From IMG/VR virus record IMGVR_UViG_3300002220_000189, positions 63,206-127,205 of that record: a DNA stretch of 64,000 nucleotides. One strand, given 5' to 3'. The DNA is from a virus (taxonomy: Duplodnaviria; Caudoviricetes). This document shows, piece after piece, positions 29,436 to 38,853 of the stretch. Position numbers and translations under genes: made by a program. How positions within the stretch are numbered: position 1 is the stretch's first letter; the number at the start of each line of letters is the position of its first letter. Under the pieces are notes generated by a model, which made no database searches, was not told the origin of the DNA, and worked only from the letters and a program-made list of their open reading frames with translations.

Positions 29436-32033
29436 TTATGCTCTAAAATCGCCGGATCTTGTCAACCAGTTCCAATCCTCAACAGTCTGTTCAATATCAG
29501 CGATTATTCCCCATACTTCATCTTCTGAGACTCCATCATTTCTATCTCGCTCTCTATCCATTACCGATTTTAATACACCAGTTTCTTCTAATACATCCAT
29601 TTCTGTAAAATATGTTGCCCAATATAATGCAGATATAACATCATCAGGTAAATTTAACCCATAAAATTTACCCTTATCTTCAATAAAAGATGATAAACAC
29701 ATAATAGTTCTTTTATCAACTATTTCTATACAATCATCTTCAATTAATTTTTTCATCAATAAAACAGCTTTCGGTTTAGTAGTTCTTGAAGCCCTTATAC
29801 CTAAATCCACAACTCTACTTCCAGTATTTACAAGACTAACATTTTCATATTCCCACCATAATCTATTTACAACCGCTGATCCTTCTGCATTATTTTCACA
29901 CATTATATGCGCATTATTATAATAGATTGATAATCTATTTATTATTTCCGAAAAAGAATATACATCAGTATAATCATCTTCAAATACAGCAACTTGTTTA
30001 TATTTGATGGGAACTAGAGAAAGTAATTTCAAAATTTGTATAGCCGAATTATTTTCACCAGTACCCTTTGCAGAATCAACACCAATAACATATACACTTC
30101 CAAGTTCTGGTTTTTCATATACAGCCAATCTATCATTCAAATCATACATTAAAGGATTTTCTGTTTTAGTATATAAAATTTCAAGTATATTGGGATCAAT
30201 AACAGTATTAGAAGAACCTAAAAATTGTACGTCATATTCTTGATTAAATCTTTGTAATCCTAAATTAGATATTTGATTTTTAGCCCATTCTTCATCCCTG
30301 CCAGGAACATCTCTCCATGTAGATTTAATAAATTTGAATTCATTTTCATTTCTTTCTGCTTGTGAATATATAGTATGAAATAAATTGTATGTACCATTTG
30401 GTGTAGATATAATAATAATTTTTGATTCCTGTGATGCTGAAATCGTAGGATAATTAGCTGACCAAAATTCTTCAGCAACTGCTTTAGGAACAAATGCAAA
30501 TTCATCCATAACCAATAAATTAAGTGTTCGTCCTCTAAAAGCATCTGCTGATGTTGCAGATACCATAATTTTTGATCCATTATCAAATGAAACAAATGTT
30601 TTTGAATATTCAACAACACCGGGTTTTAACCAAACAGGAAGTTCTTCATACATTTTTTTTATTCTTGAAAGAATGTCTATAGCAGATGTTTGTTTATTAG
30701 ATACAATACCAACTTCTTTATTAGAATTAAAAATGGCATACCATAAAGCATATACTGAAATTACTGATGTATTGTGTGTAGGAATCATTGTTTTACCACA
30801 TAAAAATAATGATTCATCATTATCAACTTTAATACATTTTACAGAAACAGAATCAATTTTTATAATATTTTTAATATAAATTCTTTTATTTTTAGGATGA
30901 TTAAGACATTTTTTTTGTCTATCTAATTTTCTTTTTAATTTAAAAACATCATATTCACATGTTGTAAAAGATAATATAAAATATTTTTCACCTTTAACTA
31001 TTTTATCTCTTTTACGAGATTTTATACCCAAACCTGATAATAGTTCTCTTACATTATCTATAAATAATTCATTTTTTTGATAAAATTCACAACTTCCTCC
31101 AATATCACAATAACCATCCGTATCCATTAATCCTCTTAATAATTCCAATCTTTGATTAATTGATGAATATAAATAATCATTTGGTATATGTTTATTATTA
31201 CAATTATTAATTTTTTTCAAATCTGTTATAAGGTTATATATTGTAAAATATCCTGTTGTTTCCCTTCTTTTATCTGGTCTATATTCAGATATATTATATT
31301 TTTCTATAATATTATCTGATATTTCATTATAATCATCTATATGTGTTGTTATTCTTCCATTTCTCTTATCACCATCACCTAACCAAACACCCAAAACATA
31401 TGGGTCAATTAATAAATTTTTTTCAGAATATTCAATAGCATTATGATAATTTATATAAAATGTTTTTGCTTTATTTTTTGAAATATCATCAACTATTTCC
31501 TTAGTTGTTAATATTTTTTCAAGATGTGTTTGTGTTTTCCCATTAATCATTTTTTTATGATATGAGGAACCAACACACCATAAATGTTCTTCATCTGCTA
31601 TAATTTTCTCACCGTTATCAAATTCAATTTCATAACAATTATGATTATTCATTATATCTGTGATAAATGTAACTTTTGTTCCTTTACCATCTCTACCAAC
31701 TAATAAATCATTAACTTTTATATCACCCATTTTTTTCCAAGTACCATCAAACATTGGTATGGGCGTATCAAGACTTAATGCTTTCCCTGACTGTCTTGAA
31801 AGTAATCCTATAATATATCTATTATTTGTAAGAAGTTCAAGAATCATATTCTGATATGAATATGGTTTAAACTCAACAATGCCCTTATCTGGATGAATTA
31901 CCTTTACATATTTTAAAAAATACCAAATATTATTAGAACAATCCATTAATTCTGAAAAATGTTCTGTAGAATATTCAAATTCTTCACGTGGTCTTTTTAC
32001 ATATTCTGAATATCTAATAGCCATAAAATTCAC
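29436..32033 (-). CDS. gp17: Terminase large subunit with intein
   Basis: SRQSGK|intein|TSV, DEFAFV, IIISTPNG, FNQEY, GVDSAKG; start may be ATG 32024. Confidence 0.95.
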   Translation of the reverse strand: MNFMAIRYSEYVKRPREEFEYSTEHFSELMDCSNNIWYFLKYVKVIHPDKGIVEFKPYSYQNMILELLTNNRYIIGLLSRQSGKALSLDTPIPMFDGTWKKMGDIKVNDLLVGRDGKGTKVTFITDIMNNHNCYEIEFDNGEKIIADEEHLWCVGSSYHKKMINGKTQTHLEKILTTKEIVDDISKNKAKTFYINYHNAIEYSEKNLLIDPYVLGVWLGDGDKRNGRITTHIDDYNEISDNIIEKYNISEYRPDKRRETTGYFTIYNLITDLKKINNCNNKHIPNDYLYSSINQRLELLRGLMDTDGYCDIGGSCEFYQKNELFIDNVRELLSGLGIKSRKRDKIVKGEKYFILSFTTCEYDVFKLKRKLDRQKKCLNHPKNKRIYIKNIIKIDSVSVKCIKVDNDESLFLCGKTMIPTHNTSVISVYALWYAIFNSNKEVGIVSNKQTSAIDILSRIKKMYEELPVWLKPGVVEYSKTFVSFDNGSKIMVSATSADAFRGRTLNLLVMDEFAFVPKAVAEEFWSANYPTISASQESKIIIISTPNGTYNLFHTIYSQAERNENEFKFIKSTWRDVPGRDEEWAKNQISNLGLQRFNQEYDVQFLGSSNTVIDPNILEILYTKTENPLMYDLNDRLAVYEKPELGSVYVIGVDSAKGTGENNSAIQILKLLSLVPIKYKQVAVFEDDYTDVYSFSEIINRLSIYYNNAHIMCENNAEGSAVVNRLWWEYENVSLVNTGSRVVDLGIRASRTTKPKAVLLMKKLIEDDCIEIVDKRTIMCLSSFIEDKGKFYGLNLPDDVISALYWATYFTEMDVLEETGVLKSVMDRERDRNDGVSEDEVWGIIADIEQTVEDWNWLTRSGDFRA
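30771..31781 (-). mobile_element. 337-aa class-3-type intein with LAGLIDADG endonuclease, in the terminase Walker A
   Basis: Starts ALSLDT; ADEEHLW; LGVWLGDG and LRGLMDTDG; VKCIKV; PTHN|T. Confidence 0.9.
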
Positions 32034-32069
32034 CTATTTTAAATTTTGTTATTATTTTTCTTACTCTTA

Positions 32070-32077
32070 TATTTATA
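32070..32077 (-). promoter_or_regulatory. Late promoter TATAAATA for gp17
   Basis: Exact motif, intergenic. Confidence 0.65.
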
Positions 32078-32105
32078 ATTTTTATTCAAATTATATAATA
32101 AAAGC

Positions 32106-32151
32106 AAAAAAATACCCCTATCTAATGTATTTATATAGATAAGGGTATTTT
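32106..32151 (-). terminator. Intrinsic terminator after spoVR, with a TATAAATA (32128-32135) in the loop
   Basis: Arms aaaatacccctatcta/tagataagggtatttt with a T-run on the minus strand. Confidence 0.7.
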
Positions 32152-32169
32152 ACTTAAAAATAAATTATA

Positions 32170-33678
32170 TTAAAATTTTATACTATCCGGTTCTCCTATT
32201 TTAAAATCTTTATTTTTTCCAACAGCTACTAAAATTTCTTTTCCAGACTGTACTGTTTTCAAATATACAGGTTTTCCCCATAAATCTACTATATGAGATA
32301 ATGTTTTAACCATAAATACAGTTTCTAACTGTTGTCCAGAATATTTATGTTCCATAAATAGATGTCCTGAATCTCCAAAATTTCCATTAACTACTTCAAT
32401 TTTTGGAATTCCACTATGTGCAAATGATGAAATAATTATTTTTTTAATATCGTCACAACTATGATCGGTTCTTATATAATCATCATAAAAGGGAGTTTCT
32501 CTTTTTATATAAATATATAAATCTAATTTATCAATAAGATCAGTTGTTAAAAAATCTTGCATAAAAAACCAATCAGTATAAGTTTTCATTACATCCTTAA
32601 CCTTTTCCCATCCTTTCATTTCTTTTGTATCCCATTCTTCACGTTCTCTTATATTTACACATTCATCCCATTCTTTACCATATCTTCCTTTATTCCATCT
32701 ATCTTCAATATCTTCTAACATTTTAGAACCTATAAGATATGGATTCATTGTAAATTTACTATGAGCTTTTACAAGTGAATTACTATAATTAAATTGCCCA
32801 TGCTCACTTGATGTTAATAAATCTTCTTCAAATAGTTTATTACATATTTTTTGATGAATTACAGTTGCAAATCCTTCATTTAAATACTTAGTTTTAATAA
32901 TAGGCCAAAAATATTGTCCTTCAATTCTTAATATTTCAAGAATATCTTTTTGCCAATCATCTAATACTTTTGAATTATCTATTATATACCTCAATATATC
33001 TTCAACAGGTTCTATAGGAGTTTTTTCTTTAAGGCGTTGCCAATATAAATTATTAAAGGTATCAATATCAGAAGCATAATCTTTCTTATTTGAAACCAAA
33101 TCACTATAATCTGATGTATCTGGTTTAAAAATTTGTTTAGTTTGATTGAATATTCTTAATCGTCTTTCATTTTCTGTTTCTTCTTCAAGTGGATTAGAAT
33201 GAAATTGAATTGAATGACCAGCATCAATAATTTTTTCTACAGAATCAATTCCATAAATTCTTTCATATTCATTAAATCTACCATATGCTTCCGTCATTAT
33301 TGCCATTAAATCTCGTCTTGATTTTTGAAACCACTTACTTTCTGTGAACATTGCTATATGACCGTAGACATGTGCCATAACAAGAACTTGAACAGCAAAT
33401 GTATTAGAATTCATTAAATATGCTCTTGGTATATCAGCATTAATAACTACTTCATATGGTAATGAAGGATCTAAATCTTCAAAAATTGTTTTTAATTTTT
33501 CATAATCTCTACCATATTTCCATGAGCTTATATTATTAGGACTTCTATATGCAAGTATTTCTAACATTTTTTCAGGAGGAACAATATCAAATTCAACAGG
33601 TAAACATTTTAAACCCATCTCTTCAATGATTTCTTTTATTCTATCTTCAATTTTTATAAGTCTTTGTAGTTCGTTCAT
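32170..33678 (-). CDS. spoVR: SpoVR/YcgB family protein
   Basis: W.YGRDYE, YEVVIN, AYLM..N, LVMAHVYGH, YFWP..KTKYLNEGFA, NPYLIG. Confidence 0.92.
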   Translation of the reverse strand: MNELQRLIKIEDRIKEIIEEMGLKCLPVEFDIVPPEKMLEILAYRSPNNISSWKYGRDYEKLKTIFEDLDPSLPYEVVINADIPRAYLMNSNTFAVQVLVMAHVYGHIAMFTESKWFQKSRRDLMAIMTEAYGRFNEYERIYGIDSVEKIIDAGHSIQFHSNPLEEETENERRLRIFNQTKQIFKPDTSDYSDLVSNKKDYASDIDTFNNLYWQRLKEKTPIEPVEDILRYIIDNSKVLDDWQKDILEILRIEGQYFWPIIKTKYLNEGFATVIHQKICNKLFEEDLLTSSEHGQFNYSNSLVKAHSKFTMNPYLIGSKMLEDIEDRWNKGRYGKEWDECVNIREREEWDTKEMKGWEKVKDVMKTYTDWFFMQDFLTTDLIDKLDLYIYIKRETPFYDDYIRTDHSCDDIKKIIISSFAHSGIPKIEVVNGNFGDSGHLFMEHKYSGQQLETVFMVKTLSHIVDLWGKPVYLKTVQSGKEILVAVGKNKDFKIGEPDSIKF

Positions 33679-33787
33679 TTTCAGCCTTTCTTTTATTAAT
33701 TATATCATTGTTTTTTTCATTTTCAGTTGGTTCGTGTTCATATATCCAACGATAACAATCATAATATTTCCAAACATCACTCATTGA
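33647..33787 (-). CDS. Small hypothetical protein (start uncertain)
   Basis: 3' part of ORF 33647..33886 (SDVWKYYDCYRWIYEH). Confidence 0.3.
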   Translation of the reverse strand, partial: SMSDVWKYYDCYRWIYEHEPTENEKNNDIINKRKAENERTTKTYKN

Positions 33788-33803
33788 CATAACATTAGCC
33801 TTT

Positions 33804-34052
33804 CTAATCAATATCATCTGAAAATTCAACAAGTTTATTATCATCTGTAAATGAGAAAAATGCTCCTCTGTCTTCATTAGTTTCATTTACATAATAAACT
33901 TCTATTATATTATCATAATAAAAACATTGCCCGAAATACCAATCTGACATATCTTGTAATTTTTCTTCACATATTTTTGCTATAATTGGAAATCTGTTTT
34001 TATATTCTTCTTCTTCATATATTTCTTCTTCATCATATACATTTTTATTCAT
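33804..34052 (-). CDS. Acidic hypothetical protein
   Basis: ORF coupled to the yeaH stop. Confidence 0.55.
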   Translation of the reverse strand: MNKNVYDEEEIYEEEEYKNRFPIIAKICEEKLQDMSDWYFGQCFYYDNIIEVYYVNETNEDRGAFFSFTDDNKLVEFSDDID

Positions 34053-34053
34053 T

Positions 34054-35397
34054 TTATCTCTCCTTTTTGGCGAACAGCAGATGTTTAAGCATTGGATAAA
34101 TATGTGTTTTATTTTTTATTACTCCTGCTAAAAATCTTAATTCATCATTTTTATAAAAATTAATACCAGAATCTGTTGTTATTCTAAAATAAAATTCCTT
34201 TTTAATAGCATCTAATAATGAATGAAAAGATGACAAAGATGACAAAGATGCAGTAGGGGTTGGTATGTCTTCATCTGATTGCGGATTAATTTCACAATAT
34301 CCTAACATATTGATATTTCTTGTAAGCATTTCTTTTATAGATAATATAGTTTTACTTGTATCCCAATCTTCACCATCTGAAATATATATAACATAAACAT
34401 TCCATGCATTCAACGGATATTCAGTATCAATAATATAAGATGCTAAATCAAATGCTGTATAACACATTGTTCCGCCTGATTCTCCTTTACGAAAAAATGT
34501 TTCTTCATCAACAACTTTAGCATCTGTAGTATGTACAATAAATTTTATTTGAACATTATTATATGATTTTTTAAGAAACTCGGACATCCAAAATAACATT
34601 GATCTTGCCATATATTTCTTATCTGTTGTCATTGATCCAGAAGTATCCATCATAGCAATAATTGCAGCATTACTATGATATTCAACTTCAGTCTCTATTT
34701 GTTTATATCTTAAATCATCATCTTCAATAAAAAAACTTCCTAAATCAATACTTTGATCTATTTTATTTTCTTTAATAATTGTTATAGCATCGTTTAAATC
34801 ACCAAATGCTTGAATTAAAGCCTTATGAGCATCACTTTCTAAACATTTAGTTTCTTTCATTATTTCATTAACATATAAAATAGTTCTTTTAATAGTTTCT
34901 TTCAAAGTTCTTTTTTTATGAATTCTAGGAATAATACCAACTTTTGAGATACTTTCAAATTTCCATCCAACTGGAACAAGATGTTCTTTTTTAGTTTTTT
35001 CTTTAATATACGGTAATCCTAAATCCTCAAACATAATATTAATTAAATAATCAAGATCAACTTCTGTTTCCATATAATCATCACCAGGTTGATCACCAGC
35101 ACCTGTAGAATTACCATCTTTTGGTCTACGACTTATAATATCGCCAGAATTTCCTTTACCTTGTCCTATACCACCAGTAATACCATCGCCACCATGACCA
35201 TAAATAAATTTATAATCTTTTAATCCACGAACAGGTATTTTTATAGTTTTTCCATGTTTTCTGGTAATTATTGATTCTTCAGAAATTACATTACGAACAT
35301 TTTTTCTTATATGCTCATCAATTTTTTCTCTATGTCTTTGAGCATCCTTCATGCCTTTTTCAGATAAAGACCAGTCATCCCAATGTTTTATACTCAT
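34054..35397 (-). CDS. yeaH: YeaH/YhbH (DUF444) vWA-domain protein
   Basis: DAQRHREKI, GIGQGKG..GD, DLGLP, DDLRYK, AMMDTSGSM, GESGGT, SDGEDW. Confidence 0.92.
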   Translation of the reverse strand: MSIKHWDDWSLSEKGMKDAQRHREKIDEHIRKNVRNVISEESIITRKHGKTIKIPVRGLKDYKFIYGHGGDGITGGIGQGKGNSGDIISRRPKDGNSTGAGDQPGDDYMETEVDLDYLINIMFEDLGLPYIKEKTKKEHLVPVGWKFESISKVGIIPRIHKKRTLKETIKRTILYVNEIMKETKCLESDAHKALIQAFGDLNDAITIIKENKIDQSIDLGSFFIEDDDLRYKQIETEVEYHSNAAIIAMMDTSGSMTTDKKYMARSMLFWMSEFLKKSYNNVQIKFIVHTTDAKVVDEETFFRKGESGGTMCYTAFDLASYIIDTEYPLNAWNVYVIYISDGEDWDTSKTILSIKEMLTRNINMLGYCEINPQSDEDIPTPTASLSSLSSFHSLLDAIKKEFYFRITTDSGINFYKNDELRFLAGVIKNKTHIYPMLKHLLFAKKER

Positions 35398-35538
35398 ATA
35401 ATTTATTTTCCTTTGCCTGTCTTTTAGTTTTTGTTGGTGAAATATTGCGTTATTTCCTTATTTTATAAGGATTTTCAACTTTATCTCCAATTTCAAATAA
35501 GGGTAGGTTAATGTTCATGCTTTAGCTCTCCTATTGAT

Positions 35539-36189
35539 TTATAGTATATCATTATTTATCATAGATGTAAATAAATCATAATAACTTTTTTCTTTGCCTC
35601 GTATTTCCCTATGGCATTTGAGACATAATGTTATACCATTATTTACATCAAATCTTAATTTTTCATATGTTGAGAATTCTTTTATATGATGTGCTTCTAT
35701 TTTTTTACCTCTTGATTTACACAGAGCACATGTATAATCATCTCTTTCAAAAATGTATTTTCTCCAATCTTTGTATTCTGGACTATTATAAATTTTACCA
35801 TTTTTAGATGTTATACCACCTTTCCATGCAGGATTTTTATCTCCTAAAAATTTTTGTCTTCTAAATTCAGATAGTCGTTTTTGTGTTTCTGGTGGTACTT
35901 TTTTAGGTTTTCCAGTATTTGATATACTTATTTTTTTAGCGGTTTCTTTTGAAATACCATAAATTGAATTACGATATTTTGTATTACATGATAAAGAACA
36001 ACAATTGCCTTTGTTTCCACTACAATAAAAAAATTTTTCATTACATACAATACAAGGTGTTTCGCTTATCAAATAAACTGTCATTGACCAAGGATTTTTG
36101 ATTTTTGGATTATCCTTATACCATTTACCAGTTTTTTCATTGAATCTAAGACATTTTAATCCATTTTCATATTTCATAAAAATAAACAC
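35539..36189 (-). CDS. HNH homing endonuclease with NUMOD-like motifs
   Basis: NPAWKGG...WRKYIFERDDYTCALC...AHHIK...NGITLCLKCH. Confidence 0.88.
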   Translation of the reverse strand: MFIFMKYENGLKCLRFNEKTGKWYKDNPKIKNPWSMTVYLISETPCIVCNEKFFYCSGNKGNCCSLSCNTKYRNSIYGISKETAKKISISNTGKPKKVPPETQKRLSEFRRQKFLGDKNPAWKGGITSKNGKIYNSPEYKDWRKYIFERDDYTCALCKSRGKKIEAHHIKEFSTYEKLRFDVNNGITLCLKCHREIRGKEKSYYDLFTSMINNDIL

Positions 36190-36210
36190 TCCTAAAATTT
36201 CTTCTAAGAG

Positions 36211-36218
36211 TATTTATA
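36211..36218 (-). promoter_or_regulatory. Late promoter TATAAATA upstream of the HNH gene
   Basis: Exact motif, intergenic. Confidence 0.6.
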
Positions 36219-36264
36219 AAAAACTTTTGTAATTGAGATTATGTGAGTTTTTCCTGTGCCTGTT

Positions 36265-38244
36265 TCAACTTTCCTTGCGCAAGATTTCTCCGACAAATGC
36301 TAAAAGAATATTAGCACATTCTTTACAATATCCCTTATCTAGCAATCTATCTATAGCGGTTTCTCGTCTCTTTTTTGATTTATCATCAGTTGCTGACTTA
36401 TCTGCTATAGTAAGAGAAACAACATTTTTTAAATCTGACATTAATTTCTTTTCAATAGCAATTCTTAATGGATCATAATCTTTAAAAGTAAAAGGTAATC
36501 CTTTTTCTAATTGTGTAGATTTATAAACAAATATACCATTTCTAAATTCTGCTTTTGAATTTACAGGAATTCCTATATACTCTTCAATCTGTCTCATTAA
36601 CTTTTCATCAGCATTTGAATATTCACCAGTAATAGAATCAAACACTTTCTCTTTCTTACAAAATGCTGATGCATTCATTAAATAATTTTCAAATAAAGAT
36701 TGTGCTTGTTCTTCATATGCAGACAAAAAGGCCATATTTACTTCTTTTTTTGCAAGTGTTTTATATTCTGAACTCACCGATTCTTTTTCACCAATCAATA
36801 ATCCAATAAATCTTTCTTCATCTTTATCATCAATTCCAACATGATGTTCAAAATTTGTTCTTAAAGCTCTAAGAATATCAATAGGATTTATACATTTTTT
36901 ATCTTCTTTTGTACCTAAAGTAATATTTAATGCATTAATTATAAAACGTGGTGATATACCTGCCATACCTTCACCTTTTTCTCTACCTTCTTTTCTTAAC
37001 ATTTTTACATCAATTTCTTGTTTTCTCATTTCTTCTATAATATCACCATTATAAATTTTCATCTTTTCAACAAGTGAATTAATTCTTGTCGAAGGTGTAA
37101 GTCTTGATAAAACTGCAAATTCGGCAGCTATTCTTAATGTATGTGGCGCAATATGTATATTTTTAAACCCACTTTCTCTTATCATTTTTTCATATATTTT
37201 AATTTCATCTTCAACCCTTACATTCCAAGGAACAAGTATAGGATACATTCTATCTTGTAATGCTTCATTTTTTTTATCTGCTTTAAAAGAATCAAATTCG
37301 GTTTTATTAGTATGACTAATAATTAATGTATCAATATACATTTGCGGAAATCCTGGGGCCTTTATCATTTGTTCTTGTGCTGCAGTAATTAAAACATAGT
37401 GAAATTTAGTATCAGCTTTTAAGATTTCTATATATTCAATCATACCACCATTAGCAATTTGTAATTCACCATTAAACTGATATGCACGTGGATCAGTTTC
37501 TCCAAATCTTGTCATTTTACTCATATTAACACGACCAATTAATTCAGAAATATCTTGACTTTTGGCATCTGAAGGTTGAAATGTTCCAATACCAATTCTT
37601 CGTTGTTCAGAAAATCTAATTTTTTCTATCATAACATCTTCCCATCTTACTTTATGATCTTCCGATGTATATTCATTATCAATAATAAATTGACAATGTG
37701 GGCATAATTTTCCTTCAATTTTTACACCAAGTTGTTCTTCCCAATATTGTCTATCAGATTCAGGAATAAGATGTAATGGTTCTTCATGTATAGGGCAATT
37801 TTTAATTGCATACTTTGGAGTATCATCATTTTCAAGACCTTTTTTTATAAGACTTGAAATTGTACTTTTTCCAGAACTTACAGGACCTATCATAATAAGA
37901 ATTCTTTTACCTGTTTCAGTTCTTCTTGCCGATGCTTTTAAAAATTTCATAATATCATGTAATGGTTCAAGAGTTCCATAAATTTTATTATCAAAAAATT
38001 TATATTTGATAAGATCATCATATCCACTTGATTTTAAAGAAGAATCAACTTCCTCGGTACCATATTTCATTATCATATTATAAATACGACCGGGAGAAAA
38101 ATTAGCTATATCAGGATTTTCTTTTACTAAATATAGATAATCAAGACATGATCCTTCCCAATTTTTAATTCCATTTTTTTCCTTCTGTTCTAAAATTACT
38201 TGCCTGAAATCTTCCATATTTACAATATTAACATTACCCATCAT
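36265..38244 (-). CDS. prkA: PrkA/YeaG family AAA+ ATPase / serine protein kinase
   Basis: GPVSSGKST, CPIHEEPLHLIP, GIGTFQPSD.KSQDISEL.G, DPRAYQFNGEL..ANGG, GISPRF. Confidence 0.95.
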   Translation of the reverse strand: MMGNVNIVNMEDFRQVILEQKEKNGIKNWEGSCLDYLYLVKENPDIANFSPGRIYNMIMKYGTEEVDSSLKSSGYDDLIKYKFFDNKIYGTLEPLHDIMKFLKASARRTETGKRILIMIGPVSSGKSTISSLIKKGLENDDTPKYAIKNCPIHEEPLHLIPESDRQYWEEQLGVKIEGKLCPHCQFIIDNEYTSEDHKVRWEDVMIEKIRFSEQRRIGIGTFQPSDAKSQDISELIGRVNMSKMTRFGETDPRAYQFNGELQIANGGMIEYIEILKADTKFHYVLITAAQEQMIKAPGFPQMYIDTLIISHTNKTEFDSFKADKKNEALQDRMYPILVPWNVRVEDEIKIYEKMIRESGFKNIHIAPHTLRIAAEFAVLSRLTPSTRINSLVEKMKIYNGDIIEEMRKQEIDVKMLRKEGREKGEGMAGISPRFIINALNITLGTKEDKKCINPIDILRALRTNFEHHVGIDDKDEERFIGLLIGEKESVSSEYKTLAKKEVNMAFLSAYEEQAQSLFENYLMNASAFCKKEKVFDSITGEYSNADEKLMRQIEEYIGIPVNSKAEFRNGIFVYKSTQLEKGLPFTFKDYDPLRIAIEKKLMSDLKNVVSLTIADKSATDDKSKKRRETAIDRLLDKGYCKECANILLAFVGEILRKES

Positions 38245-38689
38245 AAAAATTCTCCTTATTTTCTATCATTTTTTTATCTTTTTGTTCTTTTAATAATTTT
38301 AAAAGTGTTTCTCTATCTGTTACAATAATATTTTGATTAACAGTTTTTTCACCTTTTATTCTCATTGATTTTATTTTTAATTCTAACATATCTCTCTTTA
38401 ATTGTAAATTTTCAAAATCAACTGTTTTTTTATGTATTTGTTTAGAAATATCTGAAATAATACCCATCACTTGAGATGATACTTCTACCATTCTTGGTGA
38501 AAAATTACCAGCATTCATTTCTAATATTAATCTATCTAAAAGAGCATTAGCTCTTGCAAGATTTCCTTTTAAAATTTTATCTGTATCATCAATATCAATA
38601 TTGTCAAGATTTTTTTCAATATCAATTTTAAAATCTTCTTTATCAGATTCTATATTAAATTCTTTTGCTAAATTTTCTAAATCAATCAT
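38234..38689 (-). CDS. gp16: Terminase small subunit (gp16-like)
   Basis: SPRMVEV..., TVNQNIIVTDRETLLKLL C-terminal pattern; late promoters upstream. Confidence 0.7.
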   Translation of the reverse strand: MIDLENLAKEFNIESDKEDFKIDIEKNLDNIDIDDTDKILKGNLARANALLDRLILEMNAGNFSPRMVEVSSQVMGIISDISKQIHKKTVDFENLQLKRDMLELKIKSMRIKGEKTVNQNIIVTDRETLLKLLKEQKDKKMIENKENFYDG

Positions 38690-38707
38690 GTATTATATTC
38701 CACTATA

Positions 38708-38725
38708 TATTTATATTTATTTATA
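38708..38725 (-). promoter_or_regulatory. Two tandem late promoters TATAAATA (38708-38715, 38718-38725)
   Basis: Exact motifs. Confidence 0.65.
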
Positions 38726-38727
38726 AT

Positions 38728-38756
38728 AATATACCATATATTATTAATACTGTCAA
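38728..38756 (-). promoter_or_regulatory. Sigma70-type promoter (extended -10)
   Basis: TTGACA-17 nt-TATATT preceded by TG. Confidence 0.6.
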
Positions 38757-38787
38757 CCTATATCTTTTATTCAATTTTAATTTAAAT

Positions 38788-38819
38788 AAAAAAGTCTGGT
38801 TATTTCTAACCAGACTTTT
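38788..38819 (-). terminator. Intrinsic terminator after the major capsid gene
   Basis: aaaagtctggtta-tttc-taaccagactttt perfect hairpin with a T-run. Confidence 0.85.
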
Positions 38820-38853
38820 GATTTACTTGTTTTACTTGAAACCCTCATTCCAA

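Noticed and set aside
35400-35520. Tiny ORF MNINLPLFEIGDKVENPYKIRK between the HNH gene and yeaH
   Set aside because: Only 22 codons; possibly a remnant, but cannot be supported
32170-38244. Host chromosomal contamination or a prophage boundary at prkA-spoVR
   Set aside because: Same strand and AT-richness as the flanks, overlap with the gp16-like gene, and phage late promoters inside and on both sides
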